A DNA stretch of 64,000 nt, from positions 1-64,000 of IMG/VR virus record IMGVR_UViG_3300042511_000631. One strand, written 5' to 3'. Of this stretch, positions 9,134-20,005 are shown one piece after another. Position 1 is the first letter of the stretch. Each line of letters starts with the position of its first letter. The translations under genes were made by a program, and so were the position numbers. Under the pieces are notes generated by a model. It worked only from the letters and a program-made list of their open reading frames with translations, ran no database searches and had not been told where the DNA came from. The DNA comes from a virus.

Positions 9134-9445
9134 ATGGCACTAATTAGAGGTCAAGAAGTTAAAGCGGGTCCTACACAGTACCCAGCTAATCCAAAGATGT
9201 ATAACACTATCGTTGTACAAGCAAAATCAAGATTTGCTAAATATCCTTCACCAGCTGCAGGTCACTGGGTACACGCTAAGTACACTCAAATGGGTGGAAA
9301 GTTTGTATCTTCAAAGCGTGAAGTTGATCCTCGTTTTAGAGATTATGTAAAAGAAGAGCAAGACAAAAAAGAAGCAGAACAAAAGAAAAAAGTTACTAAA
9401 CCTGTTGGCCGCGGCATGGTCGCGGGCGAATCTTTTAGAAAATAA
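9134..9445 (+). CDS. hypothetical basic protein
   Basis: AGGAG RBS. Confidence 0.7.
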   Translation: MALIRGQEVKAGPTQYPANPKMYNTIVVQAKSRFAKYPSPAAGHWVHAKYTQMGGKFVSSKREVDPRFRDYVKEEQDKKEAEQKKKVTKPVGRGMVAGESFRK

Positions 9446-9507
9446 GTTTTATCAGTTTATCGACATTTGTGGTACGCTACGTATGTTAAATATGGAAAGG
9501 TGGTTCG

Positions 9508-11220
9508 GTGAGCGGCATTGATTTCTCACCCCCGAGTTATCGGGCAGCTTCCTCTGACTTAACAATCTCGATCTCTCCATTAGGCTTGGTTGAACTAGCT
9601 GATGAAGAATTTGAAGTTCACGGCCCCCGCCTAAACCGTTACTCGCTTAACTGGGCTATGTATCTTGGCCATCATTACTCTTATCGCCGTCAAACTGGCG
9701 AAACACAAATGGTACTTAACTATTATCGTGCCTTTACTGACTTTGTACTAAACTTCACATTTGGTAAAGGGGTCTCCTTCCGTTCCCCGAAAGAAACGGA
9801 AGCTATTGTTCCTGACTTGCTAGAGCGAGTTTGGGAAGTAGATAACAACAAAGCCACAGTGCTTTGGGAGATCGGACAACAAGGAGGAGTATCAGGCGAC
9901 TGCTTTATTAAAGTTGCTTACGAAGAAGCTTATGTAGACCCATCAGGGTTAAACCACCCTGGCCGTGTACGTGTTCTCCCGCTTAACTCATCTTTTGCTT
10001 TTCCAGAGTTTCACCCCCATGACCGCGAGCGCTTAATCCGTTTCAAGCTTAAGTATCGTTTCTGGGGAACATCACTAGAAGGAACACGTCAAGTCTTTAC
10101 TTACACAGAAATCTTGACTGACGACGTTATTGAGGAATACATAAATGACGAACTTATTGACTCGCGTCCTAACCCGCTTGGCACTATTCCCATCGTTCAT
10201 ATTGCTAATGTGCGCATCTCTGGTAGTCCTTGGGGCCTTAGCGATTGCAACGACATTATTAATATTAACCGCTCTTACAATGAGATTGCTACAGACATTG
10301 CTGACATCGTTAATTACCATGCTGCGCCGGTTACAGTTATTATCGGAGCTAAGGCTTCACAGCTTGAAAAAGGCGCTAACAAAGTGTGGGGCGGTCTTCC
10401 AAAAGACGCTAAAGTAGAAAACCTAGAAGGCGGATCACAAGGCCTTAAAGGTGCTATGGAATTCCTTAATGTTATGAAGAAGTCTATGCACGAAATGATC
10501 GGTGTTCCTGAAACCGCACTTGGTCAAGCGCAGCCAATTTCTAACACCTCAGGTGTGGCTCTGGCTATTCAGTTCCAGCCTTTGATGAACCGCTACCATC
10601 AAAAAATTATTCAATATGCTCATGGCATAGAGCGTGTAAACGAGATTGTTTTGCGCAGCTTAGCCATCAAAGAGCCCGAAACTTTCTTCTGGGATCCAAA
10701 CACAGGTACCCCGTTAAAGGCGGGTCAAGTACCTCAATTAGATGAAAACGACCCAATCACCTATCGCTCGTATGTTCACTTCCCACAGCCATTGCCGTTA
10801 GATAAGTTAATTGCCCTAAACGAAGTTCAATCAATGCTTTCCCTTGGCTTAGAGTCAAAAGAAGGCGCATTGCGCACACTTGGCGAAGCATTCCCAGCAG
10901 AGAAGTTAAATGAGATCCGCCAAGAGCTCCTTGATGATGCCCGCGCAGATGGTGCACTTAAGCTCATCCAAACTCAGATTGAACAAGAGATTATGCAACT
11001 TACCGGAACCATGATGCCTGAGGGTGCCTCTGGCATGGCTCAAGGCGCGGATGGCGGAATGGGACAAACCCCTATGGGCGCAGCTATGGAACAACCATTA
11101 CTAGATGGTGCTGACATGCAAGCCCAACAAGGTGAAGCGGCACTTCGCACCGCCCTTGTAACTGAAGCTTACGGAACACAACTTCCTCAAAGAAGGGTTC
11201 CGTCAGGCTACGAAAAATAA
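9508..11220 (+). CDS. portal protein (SPP1 gp6-like)
   Basis: Size and position after terL; IPIVHIAN...WGLSD, SGVAL motifs. Confidence 0.88.
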   Translation: MSGIDFSPPSYRAASSDLTISISPLGLVELADEEFEVHGPRLNRYSLNWAMYLGHHYSYRRQTGETQMVLNYYRAFTDFVLNFTFGKGVSFRSPKETEAIVPDLLERVWEVDNNKATVLWEIGQQGGVSGDCFIKVAYEEAYVDPSGLNHPGRVRVLPLNSSFAFPEFHPHDRERLIRFKLKYRFWGTSLEGTRQVFTYTEILTDDVIEEYINDELIDSRPNPLGTIPIVHIANVRISGSPWGLSDCNDIININRSYNEIATDIADIVNYHAAPVTVIIGAKASQLEKGANKVWGGLPKDAKVENLEGGSQGLKGAMEFLNVMKKSMHEMIGVPETALGQAQPISNTSGVALAIQFQPLMNRYHQKIIQYAHGIERVNEIVLRSLAIKEPETFFWDPNTGTPLKAGQVPQLDENDPITYRSYVHFPQPLPLDKLIALNEVQSMLSLGLESKEGALRTLGEAFPAEKLNEIRQELLDDARADGALKLIQTQIEQEIMQLTGTMMPEGASGMAQGADGGMGQTPMGAAMEQPLLDGADMQAQQGEAALRTALVTEAYGTQLPQRRVPSGYEK

Positions 11221-11334
11221 ACGCGTTTAGCACGTTAATTTTCGTGGTGTAAGGCAAAATTTCATATAGAAATAACTGTTAGGTCATTTGTGCTCTCATA
11301 TCGGAAAACGACCCCTAGGACTAAGGATATAAGC

Positions 11335-12120
11335 ATGTCAGATACTGCAAACACTATGGCGGATGCTTTTGAAAGCGAAGCCGGAACAGCTCCAGTTGTA
11401 AATGTGTCGGGCGTTGACGCGCCTACTGTTACTACTACGGAAACAGCAAACACTCAGAAGTTTTATACTGATGAGGATTTAGCAAAAGTCCGTTCTCAGG
11501 AGAAGTCAAAGCTTTACCCAGAGATTGAATCTCTGAAGGAAGAGCTTAATGGACTACGAAAAGAAAAAGAAGAAGAATCAGCTCGCAGAGCAGCAGACGC
11601 GGAAGCGCAGGCTGCAAAAGTTAGAGAAGAAGCATTGGCCGAACTTGACACAAAGTCATACGCAGATGCTCGTCTAGCAGAGCTGCAGGAGCAGTTGGAG
11701 CGTGAGCGTCAAGAACGCGAACGAGCCTTCGCTCTTCTGGAGCGTGAGAAAGATTTTGCAGACTTACAGTCTTATCGCCAACAAGCAGTTGAACAAGAAC
11801 GTGAAGCAATTATCCCAGAGCTAGTTGATTTGATCGCCGGTAATACCCGCGAAGAAATCCAATCTAGCATTGAAGGGCTAAAAGAACGTTCAGCAAGAAT
11901 TCTTGAATCGGCGCAATCTGCAATGCAGAATGCCCGCAAAGAAATGAAAGGGACGAGTATTACTACTCCTCCCGCCGGACCATTGGAAACTAATTCGGAG
12001 AATCGCTCGTTAACGGCTGAAGAAATTCAGTCAATGTCTATGAATGAATACGCTAAATATAGAGACCGTCTGTTGACCCCAACCGCCCGCGGCAAATCTT
12101 CGGGAATGTTCGGGCGCTAA
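11335..12120 (+). CDS. capsid scaffolding protein
   Basis: Acidic coiled coil ending MSMNEYAKYR, between portal and major capsid. Confidence 0.8.
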   Translation: MSDTANTMADAFESEAGTAPVVNVSGVDAPTVTTTETANTQKFYTDEDLAKVRSQEKSKLYPEIESLKEELNGLRKEKEEESARRAADAEAQAAKVREEALAELDTKSYADARLAELQEQLERERQERERAFALLEREKDFADLQSYRQQAVEQEREAIIPELVDLIAGNTREEIQSSIEGLKERSARILESAQSAMQNARKEMKGTSITTPPAGPLETNSENRSLTAEEIQSMSMNEYAKYRDRLLTPTARGKSSGMFGR

Positions 12121-12153
12121 TACATCCCAATAACTAACAAGGAGTCAATTTAA

Positions 12154-13224
12154 ATGCCAGCAAGCATCACCGGTACCGGCAATTTAGCCGCAGCACCAAC
12201 AGCTTACTCGGGTACAAATACCCAACTGACACAAGCGATCCAGACAATCTGGTCTAAGGAAATTCTTTTCCAGGCCATGCCGATCCTTCGCTTTGAACAG
12301 TTTGCAGTAAAGAAGACAGAACTAGGCGTAGCGCCTGGTCTACAGATCAACTTCATGCGTTACAACAACCTAGGCTTTGCAAACAGCCTAGTTGAAGGTG
12401 TACGTATGCAAACAAACGCGCTTACAGCGCAACAGTTCTCAATCACAGTATCTGAGCATGGTTATGCTCTTGCTGTTTCAGAACTACTTTTAAACGCTTC
12501 ATTTGATGACGTAATGGCTTCAGCCTCACGTCTTCTTGGTCGTAACATGGCTATCTACCTAGATCAGCTTTCACGCGACACACTATACGCAGCAACCTCA
12601 ACAATCTACGGTGAAGACCGCTCAGGCCAAACAGCAGTTAATGCTTGGTATGCAGACGGAACAACCGCAGCAAGCCGTGCTGCTATGACAGGCACCTACT
12701 ACATGACACCTCACACAGTCAAGGACGCAGTAGAGAGCCTTGCAACCAAGAATATCCCTCGTTTGGGCGAAACTTACGTTGCATTCGTTCACCCTCACCA
12801 ATCTCGTAAGCTCCGCGATAATCCAGAGTTCATCGAAGTTACAAAGTACGCAGCTCCAGGTAACTTCATGCTCGGTGAAATCGGTCGTTTGTACGACACA
12901 GTATTCATTGAGACCACTCAGGTTCTCAAGGTTGTTGGCGGCGCTGGTGCTTCTTACACCACAGATACAACTGTTGCTAACCCAACTGTTACAGCCGGTG
13001 GTGGATATATCACTCCAGCAACAAAGACAGGTAACGGCGGATCAGATCGTTATGCAGCTATCTTCATTGGAGATAACGCATTCGGTCACGCAATTTCACT
13101 TCCTGTTGAATTACGCGATGGCGGTATTCTTGACTTCGGTCGTGAGCACGCTCTTGCTTGGTACTCAATATTCGGCCTTGGTCTAATCACTGACCAGTCT
13201 GTAATCATTGCAGAAACCAACTAA
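12154..13224 (+). CDS. major capsid protein (N4 gp56-like family)
   Basis: YVAFVHPHQ, GEIGRLYDTVFIET, DFGRE. Confidence 0.92.
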   Translation: MPASITGTGNLAAAPTAYSGTNTQLTQAIQTIWSKEILFQAMPILRFEQFAVKKTELGVAPGLQINFMRYNNLGFANSLVEGVRMQTNALTAQQFSITVSEHGYALAVSELLLNASFDDVMASASRLLGRNMAIYLDQLSRDTLYAATSTIYGEDRSGQTAVNAWYADGTTAASRAAMTGTYYMTPHTVKDAVESLATKNIPRLGETYVAFVHPHQSRKLRDNPEFIEVTKYAAPGNFMLGEIGRLYDTVFIETTQVLKVVGGAGASYTTDTTVANPTVTAGGGYITPATKTGNGGSDRYAAIFIGDNAFGHAISLPVELRDGGILDFGREHALAWYSIFGLGLITDQSVIIAETN

Positions 13225-13248
13225 TAACTTAATAGCTTGACCGTTGAG

Positions 13249-13270
13249 GCGGGGGTGTAAAAGCCCCCGC
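13249..13270 (+). promoter_or_regulatory. GC-rich hairpin after the major capsid gene (stabiliser or weak terminator)
   Basis: GCGGGGG-tgtaaaag-CCCCCGC with no U-tract. Confidence 0.55.
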
Positions 13271-13308
13271 CCAACACAAACTTTCAGACACTAAACCGGA
13301 GGATCTAA

Positions 13309-13674
13309 ATGGCAAGTAAAGTAAAGCCGACCGATGTAACTGGTCGCGCACGTGAAGAGCAGGTCGCAGCAAACGCTGAGGCACTAGCCGAACGTGCGGG
13401 AGAAATGTCAATGGCTACAGCAACATCTAAAGCCAAACTTGACGAAACGATTGACGCAACCGTCCCAGATCGCCAAACAGTAATTGTTGAATCAACAATT
13501 GAAGTTGGCGGAAGCAAAGATGACAAAGTTGAAATTCGTGTAATCGAAGACATTGAAAACATGACACTTGGCGCAGGAAACAACTACACCTTTAAAGCAG
13601 GTCAGAAGTACGCTGTTACCAAGACTGTAGCCCAACATCTTAAGGAAAAGGGTTACCTAGCTGGTGTCATTTAA
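13309..13674 (+). CDS. hypothetical head-associated protein
   Basis: GGAGG RBS; follows the major capsid gene. Confidence 0.75.
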   Translation: MASKVKPTDVTGRAREEQVAANAEALAERAGEMSMATATSKAKLDETIDATVPDRQTVIVESTIEVGGSKDDKVEIRVIEDIENMTLGAGNNYTFKAGQKYAVTKTVAQHLKEKGYLAGVI

Positions 13675-13782
13675 CCAGTAAAGAATCGGAGCGGCGGATC
13701 CTGTTTAGGGTCCGCTTCTTCGTTTGTAGAGATTTTTCATCAAAAAACTGCGACTATGTAAGTCGTAAGTTAGGAGCTGTGA

Positions 13783-14841
13783 GTGGCCGCAATAGCAGAT
13801 CTGGTATCTAGGGTTCGCCTAGAGCTAGGGGATATGCCTAAGCAGTTCTCCTTTACCGCTACTGGTGACGGCACTAACAAAGATTTTGATACTAAAATCA
13901 AGCCGCTTGACTCAACCACGCTTCTTGTAACTGTAAACGGCACCGCAATTGCTCAACCAGCAGGCTACACGGTTGAAAAAGATTTAGGTGTTTTTCACTT
14001 TGTCACTGCCCCAGCAAATAACGCGGTAGTTAAATTTGTGGGAACCTCTTACCGTTACTTCTCAGACTCTGACTTAACTACTTTTATCAACACCGCGGTA
14101 TCCCAACATGTAGACAACCGTACAGACCAGTTTGGTACCCAAGTAACCTTAGCATCTATACCGCCTGTTGAAGAGTATCCGCTGGCCATTCTAGCGACCA
14201 TTGAAGCCCTCTGGGCGCTTGCTACAGACGCTGCTTTTGATATTGACATCTCCGCACCAGATGGCGTGATGATCCCCCGCTCAGAGCGCTATCGTCAGCT
14301 TTCACAGATTATCGCTCAACGCTGGGATCAATATAAGCAACTTTCATCTGCTCTTAATATTGGCCTGTGGCGTATTGAAATGGGTACCCTCCGCCGAGTT
14401 AGCCGAACCACCAACAAGCTGGTTCCAATCTACCTTGCTCAAGAAATTGATGACTCTCGTAAACCAGAGCGTATCTATATTAATAATGATTTGAAGGGTA
14501 GAAGCCCACTACCTTCTTACGCGGGTACCTATGACATTATCCTTTATCAGGGTGATAACTGGTCGGGCACATTTGATTTCCCATTTGATGTAACTAATTT
14601 AAACTTTAAAGCTCAAGTACGAACCTACCCAAATAGCCCGGCAATTTATGCAACATTTACAATTACTAAAACCAACGCTGCTAATGGAACTATTCTATTA
14701 ACTCTTCCATCAAGTGCTACTAAGTACATGCCTGCACGAGCTTTTTGGGATCTACAAGCAACTATGGATTCTAACCCCGACTTTGAACAGACGTATGTTA
14801 GAGGCCAAATATTTACTCAACAACAAGTAACATTGGACTAA
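13783..14841 (+). CDS. head-tail adaptor/neck protein with additional beta domains
   Basis: LVSRVRLELGD...YFSDSDL gp6/gp15-like pattern; C-terminal BppU-like domain. Confidence 0.65.
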   Translation: MAAIADLVSRVRLELGDMPKQFSFTATGDGTNKDFDTKIKPLDSTTLLVTVNGTAIAQPAGYTVEKDLGVFHFVTAPANNAVVKFVGTSYRYFSDSDLTTFINTAVSQHVDNRTDQFGTQVTLASIPPVEEYPLAILATIEALWALATDAAFDIDISAPDGVMIPRSERYRQLSQIIAQRWDQYKQLSSALNIGLWRIEMGTLRRVSRTTNKLVPIYLAQEIDDSRKPERIYINNDLKGRSPLPSYAGTYDIILYQGDNWSGTFDFPFDVTNLNFKAQVRTYPNSPAIYATFTITKTNAANGTILLTLPSSATKYMPARAFWDLQATMDSNPDFEQTYVRGQIFTQQQVTLD

Positions 14842-14842
14842 T

Positions 14843-15139
14843 ATGACAATCCCTACTCACGTTCCAATTGTCGTTACAGTCACGCCGCCAGCAGCACCAT
14901 CAATAACTATAAACGATATTGTAGTTAGCGGTATAAACTCACCCGCAGTCGCGTATCATCATACGCAGGGAACTTCCTCAGCTACTTGGGTTATTGCTCA
15001 TAATCTGGGGTTTAAACCTAACGTTACCGTTCAGGACTCAGGCGGTTCAATCGTAGAAGGCGAAATTGTCTATACGAGCGTGAACTCCCTTACCGTTACT
15101 TTTACTGGCGCATTCAGCGGCAACGCGTATCTTTCTTAA
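14843..15139 (+). CDS. small structural protein
   Basis: WVIAHNLG.KPNVTV motif shared with the C-terminus of the next gene. Confidence 0.65.
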   Translation: MTIPTHVPIVVTVTPPAAPSITINDIVVSGINSPAVAYHHTQGTSSATWVIAHNLGFKPNVTVQDSGGSIVEGEIVYTSVNSLTVTFTGAFSGNAYLS

Positions 15140-15151
15140 AGGAGAAGGTAA

Positions 15152-16615
15152 ATGGCACGTAAGTTTTTAACCGCACTTGATCTAGGTAAGAACGAGCTTC
15201 AAAACGCTAGAGTTCAAAACCTAGCAACTGACCCAGCAAGTCCTGTCCTTGGTCAGATCTATTACAACACCGTATCTAATGAAATGCGTATCTATAACGG
15301 TACGATATTTGAAGCAATTGGTCTTAACGGTGTCACCGCAGATGCTGCGGAAATTAACATTCTTGACGGCGCTACGCTTACCACTACAGAGCTTAACTAT
15401 GTAGACGGCGTAACCTCTGCAATCCAGACACAGATTGATACTAAAGCTCCGTCAGCTAACCCAACTTTTACCGGTACAGTAACACTTGATACTGGCGTTA
15501 ACATCGTTTTTGAAGGCGCAACAGCCAACGCATTTGAGGCCACCCTTACAGCTGGCGACCCAACAGCAGATCGAACAATCACTCTTCCAGACCTTACAAC
15601 AACTCTTGTTGGTCAAGATACAACTGACACTCTTACTAACAAGACACTTACTAGCCCTGTTGTTTCAGGACTTACGCTTTCAGATGGGTCAATTGTTGTT
15701 GAAGGCGCTACCGCAGACGCCTACGAAACTACTCTTTCATTTGTAGACCCGACCGCAGATCGCACAATCTATGTGCCAAATGCTGACGGTACTTTAGCTC
15801 GCGTTGAAAACAAGCTTCACGATTTTGCTGTAGCTACTGCTTCAGTAGATCTTAACAGCCAAAAGATTACAAACCTTGCAACACCTACAGACCCAACAGA
15901 TGCCGCTAACAAAGGCTACGTTGACGCAGCTGTTGTTGGTATTGATTGGAAAGCCTCTGTTCGTGTGGCAACAACAGCAGCTGTTACTTTAGCAACAGCT
16001 TTTGAAAACGGAGATACTCTTGACGGAGTAACTCTTGCCACAGGTAACCGCGTTCTTGTTAAAGACCAAGCGGATGGATCAGAGAACGGTATCTATACAG
16101 TAAACGCTTCTGGTGCCCCTACCCGAGCAACTGATGCCGATACCGCAGCTGAAATCACAGCTTCTTTTGCAGTATTTGTAGAAGAAGGCACTGTTAACGC
16201 AGACTCAGCGTGGACACTTACAAACAACGGAACAGTTACTGTTGGAACTACCGTTCTTGTCTTTACTCAGTTTACAGGTCTTGGCCAAATCACAGCTGGT
16301 GCTGGTTTAACTAAGGCAGCTAACACTCTTGACGTTGGTGCAGGCACTGGTATTACGGTTAATGCTAACGATGTAGCAATTGACACAGCCGTAGTTGTTC
16401 GCAAGTACGCAGTTAGCTTAGGTGACGGATCAGCTACCTCTTACACAATCACACACAACTTAGGCACTCGCGATGTAACAGTTGCTCTCTACGAAGTTGC
16501 TTCACCGTACGCTGAAGTATTAGCAGATATTGAACACACAACTACAAACACCATCACAGTTAAGTTCTCAGTAGCACCTACAACTGATCAGTTCCGCGTA
16601 GCCGTACAGGGATAA
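15152..16615 (+). CDS. fibre/collar protein
   Basis: ITNLATPT...DAANKGYVD, RVLVKDQ....ENGIY fibre motifs; FEGAT..DPTADRTI modules. Confidence 0.75.
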   Translation: MARKFLTALDLGKNELQNARVQNLATDPASPVLGQIYYNTVSNEMRIYNGTIFEAIGLNGVTADAAEINILDGATLTTTELNYVDGVTSAIQTQIDTKAPSANPTFTGTVTLDTGVNIVFEGATANAFEATLTAGDPTADRTITLPDLTTTLVGQDTTDTLTNKTLTSPVVSGLTLSDGSIVVEGATADAYETTLSFVDPTADRTIYVPNADGTLARVENKLHDFAVATASVDLNSQKITNLATPTDPTDAANKGYVDAAVVGIDWKASVRVATTAAVTLATAFENGDTLDGVTLATGNRVLVKDQADGSENGIYTVNASGAPTRATDADTAAEITASFAVFVEEGTVNADSAWTLTNNGTVTVGTTVLVFTQFTGLGQITAGAGLTKAANTLDVGAGTGITVNANDVAIDTAVVVRKYAVSLGDGSATSYTITHNLGTRDVTVALYEVASPYAEVLADIEHTTTNTITVKFSVAPTTDQFRVAVQG

Positions 16616-16618
16616 CCC

Positions 16619-17077
16619 ATGAGCCGTAAATCGCTCGTACCTGTAAACGTCCCTGCACTATCTAGTGCTCCGAGCACGCCTACTTTACGCACGGGCGACC
16701 TGTACTTTAATACAACTGACTCCACTCTATACAGCTACAACGGAACAGCCTGGGCTGCATCTAGTGGTGCTGGCGGCGGTATTGCCGCTGCCGCGTCATC
16801 CGCCCCGGGTTCTCCAGTAGATGGGCAACTATGGTTCAATACAGTATCAAGGCGTCTATCTGTTTATTCTACAGGTGCCGCTGACTGGATTGTGCTTGCT
16901 AACTTTGCAGACGACCTTAGACAACATATTCATGATACCGATGTTGACGGCACTGGATTAATTATTTTTGTATTTGAAGACGCAGGGTTTTACGACTCAA
17001 TACTTATACCTACAGCAGATGCTGGATTTTACGATACAGATTCCTGGGCTAGTAGTTACGATGGCGCAAGTCTCTGA
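16619..17077 (+). CDS. fibre-associated protein
   Basis: GDLYFNT and GQLWFNT repeats. Confidence 0.65.
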   Translation: MSRKSLVPVNVPALSSAPSTPTLRTGDLYFNTTDSTLYSYNGTAWAASSGAGGGIAAAASSAPGSPVDGQLWFNTVSRRLSVYSTGAADWIVLANFADDLRQHIHDTDVDGTGLIIFVFEDAGFYDSILIPTADAGFYDTDSWASSYDGASL

Positions 17078-17109
17078 TATAGTAGTGAAGGTCTGGGAGG
17101 ACATATAAC

Positions 17110-19992
17110 ATGGCAACAAGAATGCAACAGCGTAGGGGCACTGCGGCACAGTGGATCTCTACTAACAGTGGCAACGGTCCTATCCTAAACGCGGGCGAAA
17201 TTGGGTACGAGAGCGATACAAACAAATTTAAAATTGGTGATGGAACAAATCACTGGATCAACCTTGACTATTTTACTGATGCTAATTCAACAGTAAATCC
17301 ATCATTTGGTTCAAGCATTACATTTGAAGGCGCAACAGACAATAATTTTGAAACTACGGTTTTGGTAACTGACCCTACAGCAGATCGTACTATCACACTT
17401 CCAAACGCAACTGGTACAGTAGCGTTTACTTCAGATATTCCTTCATCAACAACAGCACTTTCAGAAGGAACAAACCTTTACTTCACAGACGAAAGAGCGC
17501 AGGATGCCGTTGGAAACAGTGTTGGAACTGGGCTTTCATACAACGATTCAACAGGTGCAATTTCTGTAACAGCAAACACTTATGATGCGTATGGTGCGGC
17601 AGCAACTGCAAAAACAGGAGCAGAATCAACGGCTTCAGGATATGTGTCAACACACGCAAACCTTACAGAAACACATGGCGCAACTGGTGCGGTAGTTGGA
17701 ACAACTAATACACAAACCCTTACTAACAAGACTCTTACATCACCAGTAATCAATACACCTACTGGAATTACAAAAACAGACGTTGGTCTATCAAGTGTTG
17801 ATAATACAACCGATGCTAATAAGCCAGTATCCACAGCAACACAAACAGCTCTTGATTTAAAAGCGCCCCTAGCCTCACCGACTTTCACAGGAACAGTGTC
17901 CCTTGACACTGGTGTCAACCTTGTATTTGAAGGTGCAACAGCAGATGCGTATGAGACCACTCTTACAGTAGTCGATCCAACTGCTGATAGAACTATTACA
18001 TTTCCAAATGCTACAGGAACAGTGGTTCTTGCTGATGGCAACGGAAATGTAACAATATCAGGAGACGTGACGGTCAATGGAGTTACCACCGTTATTAATA
18101 GCACAGTGCTTGAAGTTCAAAATGAAATTAAATTTGAAGGTACAACCGCAGACGCATTTGAGACAAGCCTTAAGGTTGTAGATCCAACTGCTGATAGAAC
18201 TATTACATTTCCAAATGCTACAGGAACAGTGGTTCTTGCTGATGCGACTCAAACTTTAGACAATAAATCCATTAACTTAAACGGAAATACTGTAACCGGA
18301 ACTATTGCTTTATTTAACACAGCTCTTTCAGACGCAGACTTTGCAACACTTGCGGGCACAGAAACATTAACAAATAAAACCTTAACAACTCCAAATATTA
18401 ATGAAGCAGTTGCCCTTACAGCAACAGCTACAGAGCTAAATGTTCTTGATGGGGTTACCTCATCTACCGCAGAATTAAACCTTCTTGACGGCGTAACATC
18501 TTCAACCGCAGAATTAAACATTCTTGACGGCGTAACCGCAACAGCGGCAGAATTAAACCTTCTTGACGGCGTAACATCTTCAACCGCAGAATTAAACATT
18601 CTTGACGGCGTAACCGCAACAGCGGCGCAAATAAATGTTCTTGCAAGCTTAACTTCATCTGCAACAGAACTAAATATCCTTGATGGTGTTACAGCGACTA
18701 CAGCAGAGATAAATAAACTTGCTGGAGTAACTGCAACTTCAGCTGAGATTAATACCTTATCTGGACTCACTTCTACCGCTGCAGAACTAAACATTCTTGA
18801 TGGCGCAACCCTTAGCGTAACAGAACTTAACTATGTTGATGGAGTTACTTCAGCTATTCAAACTCAATTAGACGCTAAGCAAGCAGTTGTTGCCAACGTT
18901 TCAGACACAGAAATTGGATACTTAGACGGTGTTACTTCATCTATCCAAACTCAACTAAATGGCAAGCAAGCAACTGTTGCCAATGTTTCAGATGTTGAGA
19001 TTGGATATCTTGATGGAGTTACTTCAAGCATTCAAACACAGATGGATGCTAAAGCACCACTAGCCTCACCAACATTTACAGGTACTGTAACATTGCCTTC
19101 TGGTACTGTAACAAGCACAATGATTCTTGATGGCACAATTGCAAATGCAGATATTAATGCTTCAGCAGCAATTGATTGGACAAAGATTGCTCCTTCATCA
19201 ACAGTATCTGCTACTGAGCTTGGTTACCTAGATGGTGTTACATCAGCTATTCAAACTCAATTAGATGCAAAAGCAGCACTATCAGCTCCTACATTTACAG
19301 GAACAGTGACTTCTACAAACGATGTTGTAGTTAATGGAAATTTAACGGTAAACGGTACAACTTTTAATGCATCATCAACTTCTATTACAATTGAAGATAA
19401 TATGCTGCAACTTGCTCATCAAAATTCAGCAAATACAGTAGATCTTGGTATTGTAGTTGGATACACAGACGGTACCGCAAAGCATGCAGGTTTTGTAAGA
19501 GATGTATCAGATGCTAAGTGGAAGTTGTTTAAGGATGTAGCAACAGAGCCAGCAACAACAGTAGCATTTGGCGAAGGTTCACTTGATGCACTTGCAGTAG
19601 GAGCTCTTGAAGCAACAACTGTAACACCTTCATCTGGTGTAGTATTCTCAGACGGTACACAAACCCTTGAAGGAACTCCTTCACGTACACCAATTATTCA
19701 AAAGACAGCGTCCTACACTCTCTCAGCATTAACTGAAAGAGATAGTTTAATTGAAGTTGCTAGTGCAAGCGGTACAACAATTACTATCCCACTAAACTCA
19801 GCGGTCGCATATCCAGTTGGAACCTCAATTGATATCCTTCAAACCTCAACAGGTCAGGTAACAATTGCAGGAGATGCTGGAGTAACAGTAAACTCAACAC
19901 CAGGATTAAAGTTAAGAACACAGTGGTCAACTGCAACTCTTTTCAAAAGAGCAACAAACACTTGGGTTGTTTACGGCGATCTGACAGCGTAA
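17110..19992 (+). CDS. long fibre protein with Mtd-N/hyaluronidase-N-like N-terminus
   Basis: QQRRGTAAQW...GEIGYESDTNKFKIGDG; internal repeats; C-terminal WVVYGDL. Confidence 0.8.
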   Translation: MATRMQQRRGTAAQWISTNSGNGPILNAGEIGYESDTNKFKIGDGTNHWINLDYFTDANSTVNPSFGSSITFEGATDNNFETTVLVTDPTADRTITLPNATGTVAFTSDIPSSTTALSEGTNLYFTDERAQDAVGNSVGTGLSYNDSTGAISVTANTYDAYGAAATAKTGAESTASGYVSTHANLTETHGATGAVVGTTNTQTLTNKTLTSPVINTPTGITKTDVGLSSVDNTTDANKPVSTATQTALDLKAPLASPTFTGTVSLDTGVNLVFEGATADAYETTLTVVDPTADRTITFPNATGTVVLADGNGNVTISGDVTVNGVTTVINSTVLEVQNEIKFEGTTADAFETSLKVVDPTADRTITFPNATGTVVLADATQTLDNKSINLNGNTVTGTIALFNTALSDADFATLAGTETLTNKTLTTPNINEAVALTATATELNVLDGVTSSTAELNLLDGVTSSTAELNILDGVTATAAELNLLDGVTSSTAELNILDGVTATAAQINVLASLTSSATELNILDGVTATTAEINKLAGVTATSAEINTLSGLTSTAAELNILDGATLSVTELNYVDGVTSAIQTQLDAKQAVVANVSDTEIGYLDGVTSSIQTQLNGKQATVANVSDVEIGYLDGVTSSIQTQMDAKAPLASPTFTGTVTLPSGTVTSTMILDGTIANADINASAAIDWTKIAPSSTVSATELGYLDGVTSAIQTQLDAKAALSAPTFTGTVTSTNDVVVNGNLTVNGTTFNASSTSITIEDNMLQLAHQNSANTVDLGIVVGYTDGTAKHAGFVRDVSDAKWKLFKDVATEPATTVAFGEGSLDALAVGALEATTVTPSSGVVFSDGTQTLEGTPSRTPIIQKTASYTLSALTERDSLIEVASASGTTITIPLNSAVAYPVGTSIDILQTSTGQVTIAGDAGVTVNSTPGLKLRTQWSTATLFKRATNTWVVYGDLTA
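17974..18244 (+). repeat. 64-bp identical direct repeat inside the fibre gene
   Basis: gatccaactgctgatagaac...gttcttgctgatg at 17974-18037 and 18181-18244. Confidence 0.9.
18430..18850 (+). repeat. 39-bp (13-aa, ELNxLDGVTxxxA) tandem array including a perfect 78-bp duplication
   Basis: 18469-18546 is identical to 18547-18624. Confidence 0.9.
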
Positions 19993-20005
19993 TAGGGAAA
20001 TATAA

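Noticed and set aside
17580-18794. Long minus-strand ORFs opposite the fibre genes
   Set aside because: Antisense shadows of Ala/Thr/Val-rich, codon-biased genes, with no RBS or motifs.
17110-19992. Diversity-generating retroelement suggested by the Mtd-N-like domain and internal repeats
   Set aside because: No reverse transcriptase in the window; the repeat pairs are identical rather than differing at adenines.
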